From positions 1 to 34,333 of the forward strand of contig BAAIJX010000107.1 of the NCBI GenBank assembly GCA_054600435.1: a DNA stretch of 34,333 nucleotides, read 5' to 3'. Below the pieces are notes generated by a model that did no database searches, was not told the origin of the DNA, and saw only the letters and a list, made by a program, of their open reading frames with translations. Every line of letters starts with the position of its first letter. Position 1 is the first letter of the stretch. Positions 21,702 to 33,264 of the stretch are shown here, piece by piece. The position numbers were made by a program, and so were the translations under genes. The stretch is from Neophaeotheca triangularis (Eukaryota).

Positions 21702-22834
21702 TCAAAAGACCAAATCCCATATCACTAACGTCGAGCAAAACCCAACCGTACTCCAAAAGATCAACTTCGCAGTGCTTCTCCTCTCACTAGCCCTCTTAAG
21801 TTCCTTGTTACCACCACCAACATTCTCTGTAGTCGAGTAACTATCCTGCACAAGCTGTTCAATGTGCTCACTCTGCTGTGCCAAATTCGCATGCAGCGTA
21901 CCATGCAGTTCCGAAATCTCCAGAATGCTCCGCTCAGCCGCTCGCACTTGATCGAGAGTATCTTCATAATGCCTCAAAAGGTCGTTATTCTCCTGCGCAA
22001 AAATCTGCATCTGGTCTTGCGAGAGCTCGCCATCCTCTTGGTCTAGCTGAGACCTGTGCTCGTCATAAGACGAACGGGCCCCTTTCCGCTTATCCTGACC
22101 CTTCTGCCCAGCCACCGCTCCATTCATGCCATCTTCCTCAGCAGCATAAGGAATCCCCGCACCGCCCATGCGGCTCTTGTAAAGCGCACTTTTACTCTTC
22201 TCGACCTCCCGACTCAACCTTACTTCCATCATCTCGCTCTGCACCCGCCCGGCCTCCTCCAGCTTCTTTTGCACGTAAAACAGCACGCTCTCCCTGACAG
22301 CCGCGACTTGTTTCCGCTCTCCCTCCTCTCGAGCCTCCTCATCGCTCTTCGCCGTCACCGCGCCGCCCGCTGCCCATCTTCCCAGTGCTCCTAGACCGCG
22401 CCGCGCGCGTTTGGAGAGAGCGACCGAGTCGGCGGTTTGCAGGCGGATGGACTCGGCTTGTTGGAGGCGGGTTATGGCGTTGTTCAGGTCGCGGAGGAGT
22501 TGTTTTGAGGAAGCGTCTAGGGCGTCGCGTTCGGAATCTGTGAGGGGCCGGGTCTGGGCTGAGTCCTTGTTTGCTCGGCGCTGGGAGGGAGGGGCTGTGG
22601 AGAGGTAGCGGGGCCGGATGGATCGGAGGGATTTGGTGAGGTCTGTTATGCGAGCGTTCTGGGGGTTGGATTAGTATGAATGAACCGGGGAATACGGTGG
22701 GACAGGAGGCTGACAATGTTGTAGGCTTCTTGGAGGAAGCTGTTGATCTTCTCCACGTTGTACTCCTTCTTTAGCACCAGCGGTGCATCTTGAGATTTGA
22801 GGCAGACGTTGAGCTCCGGAGTGATGTTGGCCAT
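21702..22834 (-). CDS. UFE1: ER t-SNARE Ufe1/syntaxin-18, 358 aa
   Basis: N-terminal SFLQEAYNI|NARITDL..LRSIRPRYLST and LTDSERDALD. Qa-SNARE motif AERSILEISELHGTLHANLAQQSEHIEQL..ENVGGGNKELKRA, then a C-terminal TM ending WDLVF. Exons 22715-22834 and 21702-22658; intron 22659-22714 (GTCAGC..ACTAAT..CAG). Confidence 0.9.
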
Positions 22835-23248
22835 CTTCGCCAAGCTTGCAGGCAGTATGTCTCCAGATGTCCCACTCGTTAGCTAGACGAAATAGGAAGT
22901 CATGCCAACACTTCAGATTGAACATCCAAACAGCTGGCCAATGACGAAGTCCAAACAAGCTCAGTCTGTAGCGTGCTTCGGCTCAAACTTCCCGATGGCG
23001 GATTGTTTATTGCCGACTGCGCCGACGGATATAACATCGGAAGACGGCACGACAACCTCTTCGTAATAAACATTTTCAAGATACAAGGCACAACGACCTT
23101 CCGTCGAAGCCACATGGTCCTCCGGTATCGCCGTTGCTCTCCTCTGTAACTGCCCACCATAAGACGTGCAATGTCGCCGCTAGAACGGGTGGACTTCGCA
23201 TCACTATCAAGACCTGGATGAGACTCGACGAAAGACGGGGACGACAAC

Positions 23249-24988
23249 ATGACTGCAAATGAGCCCCACCGGTCCATGGCAGAGGATCGAGATGGCTCTA
23301 TACCTCGAACAGGGAGCACCTCTTTGAGATCATCATCCCCTTCAGGATACCAGGACCACCGCTCTAGCGAGGACACAAACCCGCAAGACCTCGAGTCCCT
23401 TCACACGGCACCGACCAACACGCCACCATGGTCCATTTTCAAACCCAATCAAAAACGTTTCATCGTGTTCATGGTCGCTCTGGCCGGCTTCTTCTCGCCT
23501 TTGTCCGCCAACATATACTTTCCAGCACTCAATACGCTCGCTGCGGAGTTTAACGTCTCCGACTCCATCATCAACCTTACTTTGACCTCGTACATGATCT
23601 TCCAAGGCCTTGCACCGACCATATTTGGAGACCTTGCGGACATGGCTGGACGTAGACCAGCGTATATTGTGGGCTTTGCCATCTACACTGGTGCTAATAT
23701 CGGTCTTGCTCTCTGTGACAGCTATGCCGCTCTGCTTGTCCTACGTTGTCTGCAAGCTACAGGCTCTTCAGGCACCATTGCCCTCGCTTCGGGGGTCGTC
23801 GCAGATGTTGCCACCTCAGCCGAACGTGGTATTTGGATGGGATGGGCTCAATCCGGGCCCATGGTCGCGCCCGCCATCGCCCCTGTTCTAGGTGGTATCT
23901 TCGCAGAGTTTCTTGGCTGGCGCTGGATCTTTTGGTTCCTCCTCATCCTAACCGCAGTCTTCATCATCCCGTTCCTCATCACGTTCCCCGAGACCGGCCG
24001 CAACGTCGTTGGAAACGGCTCCATACCCCCTCAAGGCTGGAACATGAGCCTGCTCAGCTACCTCTCCGCCCGCAAGGCTCGACAAAACGCCCCTCCACTC
24101 GAACGCACTCTGTCCCGCGAAAGCAATCGCGCAGCCCAAGCCAAGCTCGCGTCAAAACGCAGACTGCGCTTTCCTAACCCTCTCAATACCCTCCACGTCA
24201 TCCTTGAGAAAGACGTCGCGCTCCTCCTCTTCTACAACAGCATTGTCTACACGGCCTTCTACGACGTCATGGCCTCCTGGCCCAACATGCTGGAGGAAAC
24301 ATACAACTACGACTCCCTGCAAATCGGCCTCTGCTTCCTACCCTTCGGCATAGGCTGCTTCCTGGCCCCCATGTGCATCGGCAAACTCATGGACCTCAAT
24401 TTCCGCCGCATAGCACGCAAGATCGGCTACGAAATCGTCAAAGGCAAAGCCAACGACTTGCAAAAATTCCCCATTGAGCGCTGCCGCATCGGCGTCGCTT
24501 TACCTTGCGTAGCCATCGGCAACGCAGCGCTGCTATGTTACGGCTGGGTCATGGACGTCGAGACACATCTCGCCGCACCGCTGATTTTGCATTTCATCAT
24601 GGGCTTGTCCCTGACCGGGGCGTTCAATGCCATGAGCGTGCTGCTCGTCGATCTCTACCCGTTGAGCCCGAGCACGGCTACCGCTGCTAACAATTTGATT
24701 CGCTGCTTGCTGGGTGCAGGCGGGACGGGGATTATCATTTACATGATTGAGGCCATGGGGAGGGGGTGGTGTTTTACTTTTATCGCGGGTGTGGTGGCCG
24801 TGCTGAGCCCGATCTTGTTCGCGTTGCAGAAATGGGGGCCGGAGTGGCGGGAAGCGAGGAGGGTTAGGGCGGAAGAGAGGATGGCGAGGGAAGAGAAAGC
24901 TGCTGCTGGGGGCGAGGAAGACGCGCTTGACTCTGAAGGGAGCGATGGGCTGAATGGTCGAGCGCGGGAGAAGGTAGAGGAGAGGTGA
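23249..24988 (+). CDS. MFS drug:H+ antiporter, DHA1 family (Qdr/Aqr1-like), 579 aa, intronless
   Basis: About 12 hydrophobic segments. Motifs FSPLSANIYFPAL, motif A GDLADMAGRRPAY, LRCLQA, APAIAPVLGG..GWRWIFW, PETGR and ATAANNLIRC. Confidence 0.93.
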   Translation: MTANEPHRSMAEDRDGSIPRTGSTSLRSSSPSGYQDHRSSEDTNPQDLESLHTAPTNTPPWSIFKPNQKRFIVFMVALAGFFSPLSANIYFPALNTLAAEFNVSDSIINLTLTSYMIFQGLAPTIFGDLADMAGRRPAYIVGFAIYTGANIGLALCDSYAALLVLRCLQATGSSGTIALASGVVADVATSAERGIWMGWAQSGPMVAPAIAPVLGGIFAEFLGWRWIFWFLLILTAVFIIPFLITFPETGRNVVGNGSIPPQGWNMSLLSYLSARKARQNAPPLERTLSRESNRAAQAKLASKRRLRFPNPLNTLHVILEKDVALLLFYNSIVYTAFYDVMASWPNMLEETYNYDSLQIGLCFLPFGIGCFLAPMCIGKLMDLNFRRIARKIGYEIVKGKANDLQKFPIERCRIGVALPCVAIGNAALLCYGWVMDVETHLAAPLILHFIMGLSLTGAFNAMSVLLVDLYPLSPSTATAANNLIRCLLGAGGTGIIIYMIEAMGRGWCFTFIAGVVAVLSPILFALQKWGPEWREARRVRAEERMAREEKAAAGGEEDALDSEGSDGLNGRAREKVEER

Positions 24989-25782
24989 TGCATAGCGGCG
25001 CACTATCGTTGCGGATTACTATTACACTTTTGTATCACATGTCTTCCCCGTACCTCCCAGCATCTTAAAGCCGGTCAACACGCATCAAGCCCTGTCCCCA
25101 GCCGTCCCTCTGAGCCGGAACCCCCCGTTCACACAACGATGGATATGCCTATGGCCTATGTGTGGCTTATTTACAAGTAAAGACGGGACTCAAACTTGTG
25201 GCCACGATCGACAGTCCCTCTTATGGCTAGAAGCTCTACAGCGTCTAGAAAGCCACAGACCTAGTAGTGTGGCTACTCTTAGAGCTTGTGTCCCTACGAC
25301 TCATAGAAACGATGTTAAGCGGCAAGCGTTCGATTGAAAGCGTACTCCGAGATGAGGGCGGTTGGAGCATTCGCCGATCTTGTGAGTTCGACCAAGACAC
25401 AGCACAGCACCACAGTGTCAGAGAGAGGGTGACGTCGACTCGATCGCTGCTCCCAGCGCTTTGAGCAACCTGGAACCTCGCGGTTTGTCTCCTAGATCGG
25501 GCGCTTAGGGTGTCGAGCCAAGGATGCGTGGACGGATCCTTTGGGGGTTGGATCCATGGGCACTTGGCTTTTGCGCTGTAGATGGGCGGCTCGCGGTGGG
25601 AGAAATCGCTGTCGGTAAGAGTATCAAGTTACGTCAAGTTTGAAGTTGAATGCTCCCGATCGCTTGTATAATAAGGTACTGGTAACGTTTGGCGGTGGCC
25701 CCGCTAACGAGATGCGGCCGTTTCTGCGACCGCGTCCAGTGCTTGCTTGAGCGCGGCCCGGATCGTCACATACGGCTTTAAG

Positions 25783-25825
25783 GTATACTTACGTACCTAG
25801 GTAGGTAGGTAGGTACGTAGTATAC
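25783..25825. repeat. Imperfect inverted repeat around (TAGG)n upstream of BRO1
   Basis: Arms gtatacttacgtaccta and taggtacgtagtatac are reverse complements apart from a one-base bulge. Confidence 0.75.
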
Positions 25826-26259
25826 TCTCCAACACTGTACTAAGGTACTTATCAAGTCCCTTAGGTAGCGACATTCAGGTCACCTTTGGACTTCACCCTC
25901 AGAGTCGCCCGACTACCGATTCTCCCTGGATCAAGACTCTCAGTTCAAATACTCGACATCAACAACTTCCAACGTAACCCAACGTTCCCATTCTTGCCAA
26001 CTTTCCCGGACCACTGGCAACATTGATGTGGAAGCCTTCCATGTCTTGGCCGTGAAAGAGCAAGACAAGGCACGAGGGACAAGACAGAGCTGCATGAGGC
26101 TGCAGCATTCTGCCGTGCCAGCACTGGATTGGTTCCCAACTTACCTACGGGACGTCTTTATACACCCACCAAAGCGATTGCGCTGCCTCACGTCAGAAAC
26201 CCTCGTCTTAGATGCTACCCTCACGACCGACGCTGTCTCGACAGCTCTCAGCCGCCGCG

Positions 26260-29200
26260 ATGCAAGTCCCCATGCTTTCGAGCCCTCTCAAACAAACGAG
26301 CGAAATCGACTGGGTGCCGCCGCTCAAACACCACATTCGAGCCGCATATGGTGACGACCCAGAGAGGTACAACGAGGAATGCGGCACCCTCAACCGTCTG
26401 CGGCAGGACATGCGCGGCGCTGGCAAGGACAGTGCTGCAGGCAGAGACCTGCTATATCGCTACTACGGACAACTCGAACTTCTTGACTTGCGGTTTCCTG
26501 TCGACGAGAACCATATCAAGATTTCCTTCACCTGGTACGATGCCTTTACACACAAGCAAACGAGCCAATACAGCCTGGCCTACGAGAAGGCTAGCATCAT
26601 CTTCAACATATCGGCCGTGTTGAGCTGTCATGCTGCAAATCAGAACCGCCATGAGGATGCTGGCTTGAAGACCGCGTATCACTCATTCCAGGCAAGTGCC
26701 GGCATGTTCACCTACATCAATGAGAACTTCTTACATGCTCCGAGTACGGATCTGAGCAGAGAGACTGTGAAGACGCTCATCAGTATAATGCTGGCTCAGG
26801 GGCAAGAGGTGTTCATCGAGAAGCAAATCCAGGATGGCAAAAAACCAGGGCTGTTGGCGAAGTTGTCGAGTCAGGCTGCTTATCTGTATGCTCAAGCTGT
26901 AGAAGGCGTGCAGGATAATGTGTCGAGGGCGGTCTTCGAGAGGGTGTGGCTACTAGTGGCACAAATAAAGCAGCATCACATGGCCAGCCTGGCACAGTAC
27001 TATCAAGCGCTTGCGGACAACGAAGCGAACCACTACGGTCAGGCCATCACACGATTGCAAGCAGCACAAAATGCGAGCAAAGAAGCGAGCCGGATAGCCA
27101 ATGCTTTTCCGAGTACCGTACCGAGCAACAGCAACCTCACTTCTGAAACAGGGACCGTCCTGGCGGATATCACCAAGAAGCAGCTTACTGCATGCCAGGA
27201 GAAGATCACAGAGTACACCCGCGACAATGACATGATTTATCACTTGCCTGTGCCATCCGAGAGAAGTCTGACCGCCATTCCTAAGCTACCTGCGGCAAAG
27301 GCTATTCCTGTATCCGAACTCTACCAGGGCCAAGACATTCAGCGGATCATTGGGCCGGACATCTTCCAGCGCATTGTGCCCATGTCAGTGACAGAGGGTG
27401 CCAGTCTCTACGATGAAGAGAAAGCGAAACTTGTAAGAGCGGAGGCGGAGCGGGTAGAGACCGCAGACGATGAGCTTGCTACGTCTCTTGACTACCTGAA
27501 GCTCCCTGGCAGTCTGAACATTCTGAAAGGGGGACTGGACCAAGAAAACATGGGTGTCGATAACGAGTTCCGCAATTGGTGCTCTGAGCTTGCTGGGCAC
27601 AATTCCTTCACTCCCGCTTTCGACGCCCTTCGCGACGAGAAGCAGTCAATCTTGAGTACCCTCGATTCCTGTTCGAAACAGTTAGACATGGAGGAGAGCG
27701 TCTGCGAGAAGATGCGCTCAAAGTACGGTTCAGAGTGGACACAGCAGCCATCGAGCCGGCTGACTTCGACCTTGCGAACGGATACCCGCAGTTATCGTTC
27801 AGCGGTAGAGGAAGCCAGCAGCAGTGATGCCCAGCTCTACACCACACTTCGACAGTACGAATCGGACTTTGATGAAATGCGGTCAGCTGGCGAGACGGAC
27901 GAAGCTGATGTCCTCTATCAACGCGCCATGATCAAAGCTGGTGCTGGGAAGAGGGGTGTCACTAGCCCTGGCGGCGGTGGCACCGAAGAGGGAAACCTGC
28001 TTGACGACGACTTCGAGGACGAGGGCCAACAAAGCGTCTCTGAGCAAATTGAGCGTGTGGAAGAGATGATGCGGAAATTGCAGCTTGTCAAGCGCGAGCG
28101 AACGCAAGTCCTCAAGGATCTCAAAGAAAAGGTTCGAAACAGCTTGACATACATACGAGTGAAAGCCCTCTAACAAGCTGCAGATACATACCGATGACAT
28201 CTCGAATGTGCTAATCTTGAACAAGAAGGCAATTTCCAACCAAGATCATGCGCTTTTCAAGAGCGAACTGGAAAAGTTTAGACCACACCAGAACCGCATT
28301 CTGCAGGCGAATCACAAACAATCGAGTCTCATGAAAGAATTGACACGGACATATGGCGACCTTCTCCAGGACAAGCGGGTGCGTGCTGAGCAAAACAAGT
28401 ACGAATCTTTCTCCAGACAGCGAAACTCGGTCATGAGCAGATACCGAAAGGTCTATCAAGCCTACACAGATCTCCAACAAGGCCTTCAACGCGCTGAACA
28501 ATTCTACACCGAGATGAAAGAAACGGTAGAGTCCCTGCAGAAGAACGTCCAAGGCTTCGTCGAGAATCGGAGAAGCGAAGGCGGCCAGCTGCTCGGCGCT
28601 ATTGAAGCAGCAAAAGGCAGTGGCGCCGATCGCGAACAAGCACGGCTGAAAGAGATGATGGACCGCATGTCCATGAACCCAGCTGGTGGGCAGTCGCCCA
28701 GCCCGGGTCCAGGCGGCATGCCCGGCCACCGCCCGCCACCCTTGCAACCACAATCCCAGAGCGGTTACGGTTACAACCCCGCCGCCAGTCCATCCGTTAC
28801 ACCTCAATATCAAAACAATGGGATGAGCGGCGCTGCCCGCTCTTCTTCTTCCAACCAAAGCTACCCACCTTACCCCAACCAACAGCCCACACCCACCAAC
28901 GGCTCTTTCAGACCCCACGACCAGTACCCGCCCCGCGAACGCTACAACCCCAACTCCTACGGCCCCGTAAGCCCACCTGCGCAACAGCAATATTTCTCCT
29001 CCCCGCCTCCGCAGCAACAACAGCAGCAGGGCGGTTACGGCGGGTACCAATCCCCGCCCCAGCAACAGCAGCCTTATGGCCAGCAGTTCGGCCAGCAGCA
29101 AGGCATGCCCGCTGGTTGGCAGCCGCCGCCTCCACCACCTGGACCTCCGCCGAGTCAGGATTATGGCGCTATGCAGGCGAGTGGGTATCCTGCAGGGCCT

Positions 29201-29296
29201 GGAGGGTATTCGCAGGGGAGAGGCAGTGCGCAAGGTAGTCAGCAGCAGCAGGGGCAGGGGCAGGATCCGTGGGCTGGGTTGGGAGCTTGGAAGTGA
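26260..29296 (+). CDS. BRO1: Vacuolar protein-sorting protein Bro1 (BRO1 domain, V domain, Pro/Gln-rich tail), 994 aa
   Basis: MQVPMLSSPLKQTSEIDW, LLYRYYGQLELLDLRF, SLAYEKASIIFNI, RDNDMIY, GPDIFQRIVP, ASLYDEEKAKL and a C-terminal proline-rich region ending DPWAGLGAWK. Exons 26260-28131 and 28184-29296; intron 28132-28183 (GTTCGA..CTAAC..CAG). Confidence 0.95.
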
Positions 29297-29868
29297 GGTT
29301 TGTGTATCGAGAGTGAGTGATGTGGGGGATAGTGAATCGTGCTTTAGGTTTGCCACTTTACGGATGTTGTCGTTGCAGGTGGGATCGGGGTGAGTGCATA
29401 TAGCAATTTGAAGGGATGGGATGATCTACTGGGTATGGGTATGAAGCCATGATGGATATGGTATTGCATTGCATATAGCGTGTTGCTGAGGTAGAGTGAT
29501 AGCGTTGGGTTATTCACGGGACTGTTTGTCATTACGCGATCTCGCGGTAACAGTTTGATGCGTCTTAATCAAATTCCTTAATCAAATCCAACGAAGTAGC
29601 TGCCTCGGATTAGATGCCCGTTTGAGTCGGTCAGTGCTTTGCCCGCGCGCATCGAAGCTCCAGTCTCAGTGACGCCACGAGTTCGAGGCGAAAGTCGAAG
29701 ACGACTTGAGCTCACATAATCATCCACCGCTACACCAAAGTTACTCTGTTTGCCTCCCCAACATCCTTCTTTCTTATCCTCTCCTTACGGTCTTACAACT
29801 ACCTTCTCATCCCATAGACCCCTGCCTGCACGACTTGCGTCTCATCCTCTACAGCAAGCGTGGCGAGC

Positions 29869-32800
29869 ATGGCAAGCATGGGCTACGGCCAATCATTATC
29901 ATGGCGAACAGCCCTGCGCCAAACTTCTCGACGAACATACAGCACCAACGGCAGCGTCTGTCGCGTCTGCCAAGCGCAAAGGGCCTCGCCGCTAGCGAGT
30001 GCGCCGCTCCGAGTCCAGCCCGCCAGAGCAACGCCTTCCACCCTCCGAACCACCCTCTCCTTGTCACGAGACTTTTCCACCTCCCCGGCGAGAAGAAAAG
30101 AGAAACCCTCGGACGACGGCTCGGATGTCAAGGATGAGGGTAAAAGGGACGTGACTGAGGAGGAGGCGAACGAGGCTAAGAGCAACAAGGTTCCCGAGCC
30201 GGCGCCGATACCTGGCTTCACCGAGGCGAAGAGCACGGCAGCGGGTGGTGGTGGCGGCGGAGGAAGCAGCGGCGAAGGTGGTAGCGGTGGGGATGGTGGC
30301 AATAGACGGAAGAAGGGGCAGGGTCGCGAACTTGTCAAACCCTCCGTTCCCGATGTCTACCCCCAAGTCATGGCTATCCCCATTGCCCAGCGCCCGCTGT
30401 TCCCCGGTTTCTACAAGGCCATCACTATTCGCGACCCGAATGTCATTTCCGCTGTGCAAGAGCTGCTTAAGCGCGGGCAAAGCTATGTTGGTGCTTTCTT
30501 GCTGAAGGATCCTGAAGGTAGCCAGGATGTCATCAACGACCCCAGCGAGGTCTATGATGTCGGTACTTTTTGTCAGGTCACGGGTGCTTTTCCCGCTGGT
30601 CATGGCGAGGAGAAGGCGATGCAGGCGGTTCTCTACCCGCACCGTAGAATCAAGCTGAGTGAGCTGATTCCGCCGAACCGCGGCCCGCCTGCTGCTCCTG
30701 AGCCTGAAACACCGGATGCAAAGGCCGCGATTGAAGAGGCACCTAAGCAGGAGGTAGATGGTGTTGAGAACAAGGAAGGCACGGAGGAGAAGAGAGGTGA
30801 TGTCGTTGCCAGCTTTGAGGAGGCCAACGCTGAGAAGAAGGACAAGGACGGAGACAAGTCAGTTGCTATTCACGAGCCTACTTCGTTCTTGGAGTCATGG
30901 CCCGTGTCGCTTGTCAAGGTTGAGAATCTCGCGGACGAACCTTTCGACAAGCGTGCCCCTACTATTCGCGCTCTGATCTCGGAGATCGTCAACACCTGCA
31001 AAGAAATTGGCAACGTCAATCACCTCTTCCGCGACCACGTCTCGGCATTCGCCATGTCGCAGTCTGCTGCCAACATCGCCGACGAACCCGCTAAGCTCGC
31101 TGATTTCGCCGCTGCAGTCAGCGGAGGCGAGATGGAGGAAGCGCAGAACGTGCTGGCAAGTCTGAACATCGAGCAGCGCCTCAGTAGAGCTCTCGAAGTC
31201 ATCAAGAAAGAGCATATGAACGCCCAGCTGTCTAGCAAAATTAGCAAGGACGTCGAGAGCAAGATTCAGAAGCGACAGCGCGAGTACTGGTTGATGGAGC
31301 AGATGAAGGGTATCCGCCGTGAGCTCGGCCTCGAGAGCGACGGCAAGGACAAGCTGGTGGAGAAGTTCAAGGAGAAGGCCAATAAGCTCGCCATGCCTGA
31401 GGCGGTCAAGAAGGTCTTTGATGAGGAGGTAAACAAGCTCGCTCACTTGGAACCCGCGGCGAGCGAATTCAACGTCACGCGCAACTACCTCGACTGGCTC
31501 ACGCAGATACCTTGGGGTCAGCGCAGCGCCGAAAACTTTGGTATCAAGAACGCCATGACCGTGCTGGACGAGGATCACCACGGTTTGAAGGACGTCAAAG
31601 ACCGCATTCTCGAGTTCATTGCCGTTGGCAAGCTGAGGGGTACAGTGGAGGGCAAAATCTTGTGTATGGTCGGCCCGCCGGGTGTTGGTAAGACGAGTAT
31701 TGGAAAGTCCATTGCGAGAGCGTTGAACAGACAATACTACCGCTTCTCTGTCGGTGGGCTGACGGATGTTGCTGAGATCAAGGGCCACAGGCGGACATAC
31801 GTTGGCGCTCTGCCCGGCCGCATCATCCAGGCCCTGAAGAAGTGCCAGACCGAGAACCCGTTGATCTTGATTGATGAAGTCGACAAGATTGGAAGGGGTC
31901 ATCAGGGTGATCCGAGCTCTGCGCTGCTGGAGCTGTTGGATCCTGAGCAGAACTCTTCTTTCCTCGATCATTACATGGACGTGCCGGTTGATTTGAGCAA
32001 GGTCCTGTTCGTTTGCACGGCCAACATGACGGATACCATCCCCAGGCCCCTGCTCGATCGTATGGAGATGATTGAGCTCTCTGGCTACGTTTCCGACGAG
32101 AAGATGGCCATCGCAGACCGCTACCTTGCACCCCAAGCCAAGGAGCTGTCTGGTCTGAAGGACGTCGACGTTCAACTCGACAAGGAAGCCATCTTGGAGC
32201 TCATCAACAAGTACTGTCGTGAATCCGGTGTACGAAATTTGAAGAAGCAGATTGAAAAGGTCTACCGCAAATCGGCTCTGAAGATCATCCAAGACCTCGG
32301 CGAAGATGTGCTGTCCGAAGAAAAAGCCCTCACGGATGAAGGCAAAGAAGCGCAAAAGGAAGCCGAAAAGGACGAAAGCGATCCCAAAGACACTCCCGAG
32401 AATATCGAAGCCGAAACAACGCCGCAACCACGCGTGGCCCTCAACGTCCCCGACTCAGTCCACGTCACCGTCAACAAGGGCAACCTCCAAGACTACGTCG
32501 GCCCACCAGTCTTCACCTCGGACCGACTCTACGACAACACTCCCCCCGGTGTTGCCATGGGCTTAGCCTGGACCTCCATGGGCGGCGCCGCTCTGTACGT
32601 GGAATCGATCCTCGAAAACGCCCTCAACTACGCCTCCCGCCCTGGGTTAGAGCGCACGGGCAACCTCAAATCCGTGATGAAAGAAAGCACCTCCATCGCC
32701 TACAGTTTCGCCAAGGGCCTGATGGCACGCGAGTACCCGGGCAACCGATTCTTCGAAAAGGCGCGAATCCATTTGCATTGCCCTGAAGGCGCGGTGCAGA

Positions 32801-33264
32801 AGGATGGCCCCAGCGCGGGTATCACTATGGCTACTAGTTTGCTGTCCCTGGCTCTGAAGAGGCCTTTGGACCCTACCATTGCCATGACGGGGGAGCTGAC
32901 AGTTACGGGCAAAGTTTTGAGGATCGGTGGGTTGAGGGAGAAGACTGTAGCGGCGCGACGAGCGGGCGCGCGCATGGTTGTCTTCCCGAGGGATTGCGAG
33001 AGCGATTGGATTGAGTTGCCTGATGTAAGTTCTACACGACTTTTTTCCACTCACAACAAGCGACGGAATGTCTTGCTAACGGTTTTGGCTCTACAGAATA
33101 TCAAAGAAGGCATCGAGGGCAAGCCCGTCGACTGGTACTCCGACGTTTTCAAGCTCGTCTTCCCGGACGTCGATGCCAGCGAGGCTAACAAGCTGTGGGA
33201 GAAGGAGCTGGCGAAGCCGCCAAAGGAAGAGCGCGAGAACTACGATGACGGCGAGGTTAATTGA
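29869..33264 (+). CDS. PIM1: Mitochondrial Lon protease (Pim1), about 1107 aa
   Basis: Arg/Ser-rich presequence, N-domain RPLFPGFYKA, Walker A GPPGVGKTS, Walker B LILIDEVDK, catalytic Ser in KDGPSAG and Lys in IGGLREK. Exons 29869-33024 and 33097-33264; intron 33025-33096 (GTAAGT..GCTAAC..CAG). The start is ATG 29869 or 29878. Confidence 0.97.
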   Translation: MASMGYGQSLSWRTALRQTSRRTYSTNGSVCRVCQAQRASPLASAPLRVQPARATPSTLRTTLSLSRDFSTSPARRKEKPSDDGSDVKDEGKRDVTEEEANEAKSNKVPEPAPIPGFTEAKSTAAGGGGGGGSSGEGGSGGDGGNRRKKGQGRELVKPSVPDVYPQVMAIPIAQRPLFPGFYKAITIRDPNVISAVQELLKRGQSYVGAFLLKDPEGSQDVINDPSEVYDVGTFCQVTGAFPAGHGEEKAMQAVLYPHRRIKLSELIPPNRGPPAAPEPETPDAKAAIEEAPKQEVDGVENKEGTEEKRGDVVASFEEANAEKKDKDGDKSVAIHEPTSFLESWPVSLVKVENLADEPFDKRAPTIRALISEIVNTCKEIGNVNHLFRDHVSAFAMSQSAANIADEPAKLADFAAAVSGGEMEEAQNVLASLNIEQRLSRALEVIKKEHMNAQLSSKISKDVESKIQKRQREYWLMEQMKGIRRELGLESDGKDKLVEKFKEKANKLAMPEAVKKVFDEEVNKLAHLEPAASEFNVTRNYLDWLTQIPWGQRSAENFGIKNAMTVLDEDHHGLKDVKDRILEFIAVGKLRGTVEGKILCMVGPPGVGKTSIGKSIARALNRQYYRFSVGGLTDVAEIKGHRRTYVGALPGRIIQALKKCQTENPLILIDEVDKIGRGHQGDPSSALLELLDPEQNSSFLDHYMDVPVDLSKVLFVCTANMTDTIPRPLLDRMEMIELSGYVSDEKMAIADRYLAPQAKELSGLKDVDVQLDKEAILELINKYCRESGVRNLKKQIEKVYRKSALKIIQDLGEDVLSEEKALTDEGKEAQKEAEKDESDPKDTPENIEAETTPQPRVALNVPDSVHVTVNKGNLQDYVGPPVFTSDRLYDNTPPGVAMGLAWTSMGGAALYVESILENALNYASRPGLERTGNLKSVMKESTSIAYSFAKGLMAREYPGNRFFEKARIHLHCPEGAVQKDGPSAGITMATSLLSLALKRPLDPTIAMTGELTVTGKVLRIGGLREKTVAARRAGARMVVFPRDCESDWIELPDVSSTRLFSTHNKRRNVLLTVLALQNIKEGIEGKPVDWYSDVFKLVFPDVDASEANKLWEKELAKPPKEERENYDDGEVN

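Noticed and set aside
28211..29356. 381-aa antisense ORF over BRO1 exon 2
   Set aside because: Mirror of the low-complexity Q/P coding sequence; poly-Leu arises from CAG/CAA codons.
29564..29587. Direct repeat CTTAATCAAAT x2 upstream of PIM1
   Set aside because: A single short duplication with no element between the copies and no assignable factor.
30895..32427. 510-aa antisense ORF over PIM1
   Set aside because: Shadow frame of a GC3-rich conserved gene, with no recognisable domain.
21702..33264. UFE1-MFS-BRO1-PIM1 as a functional cluster
   Set aside because: These are housekeeping genes acting in different compartments. No biosynthetic backbone gene accompanies the MFS transporter.
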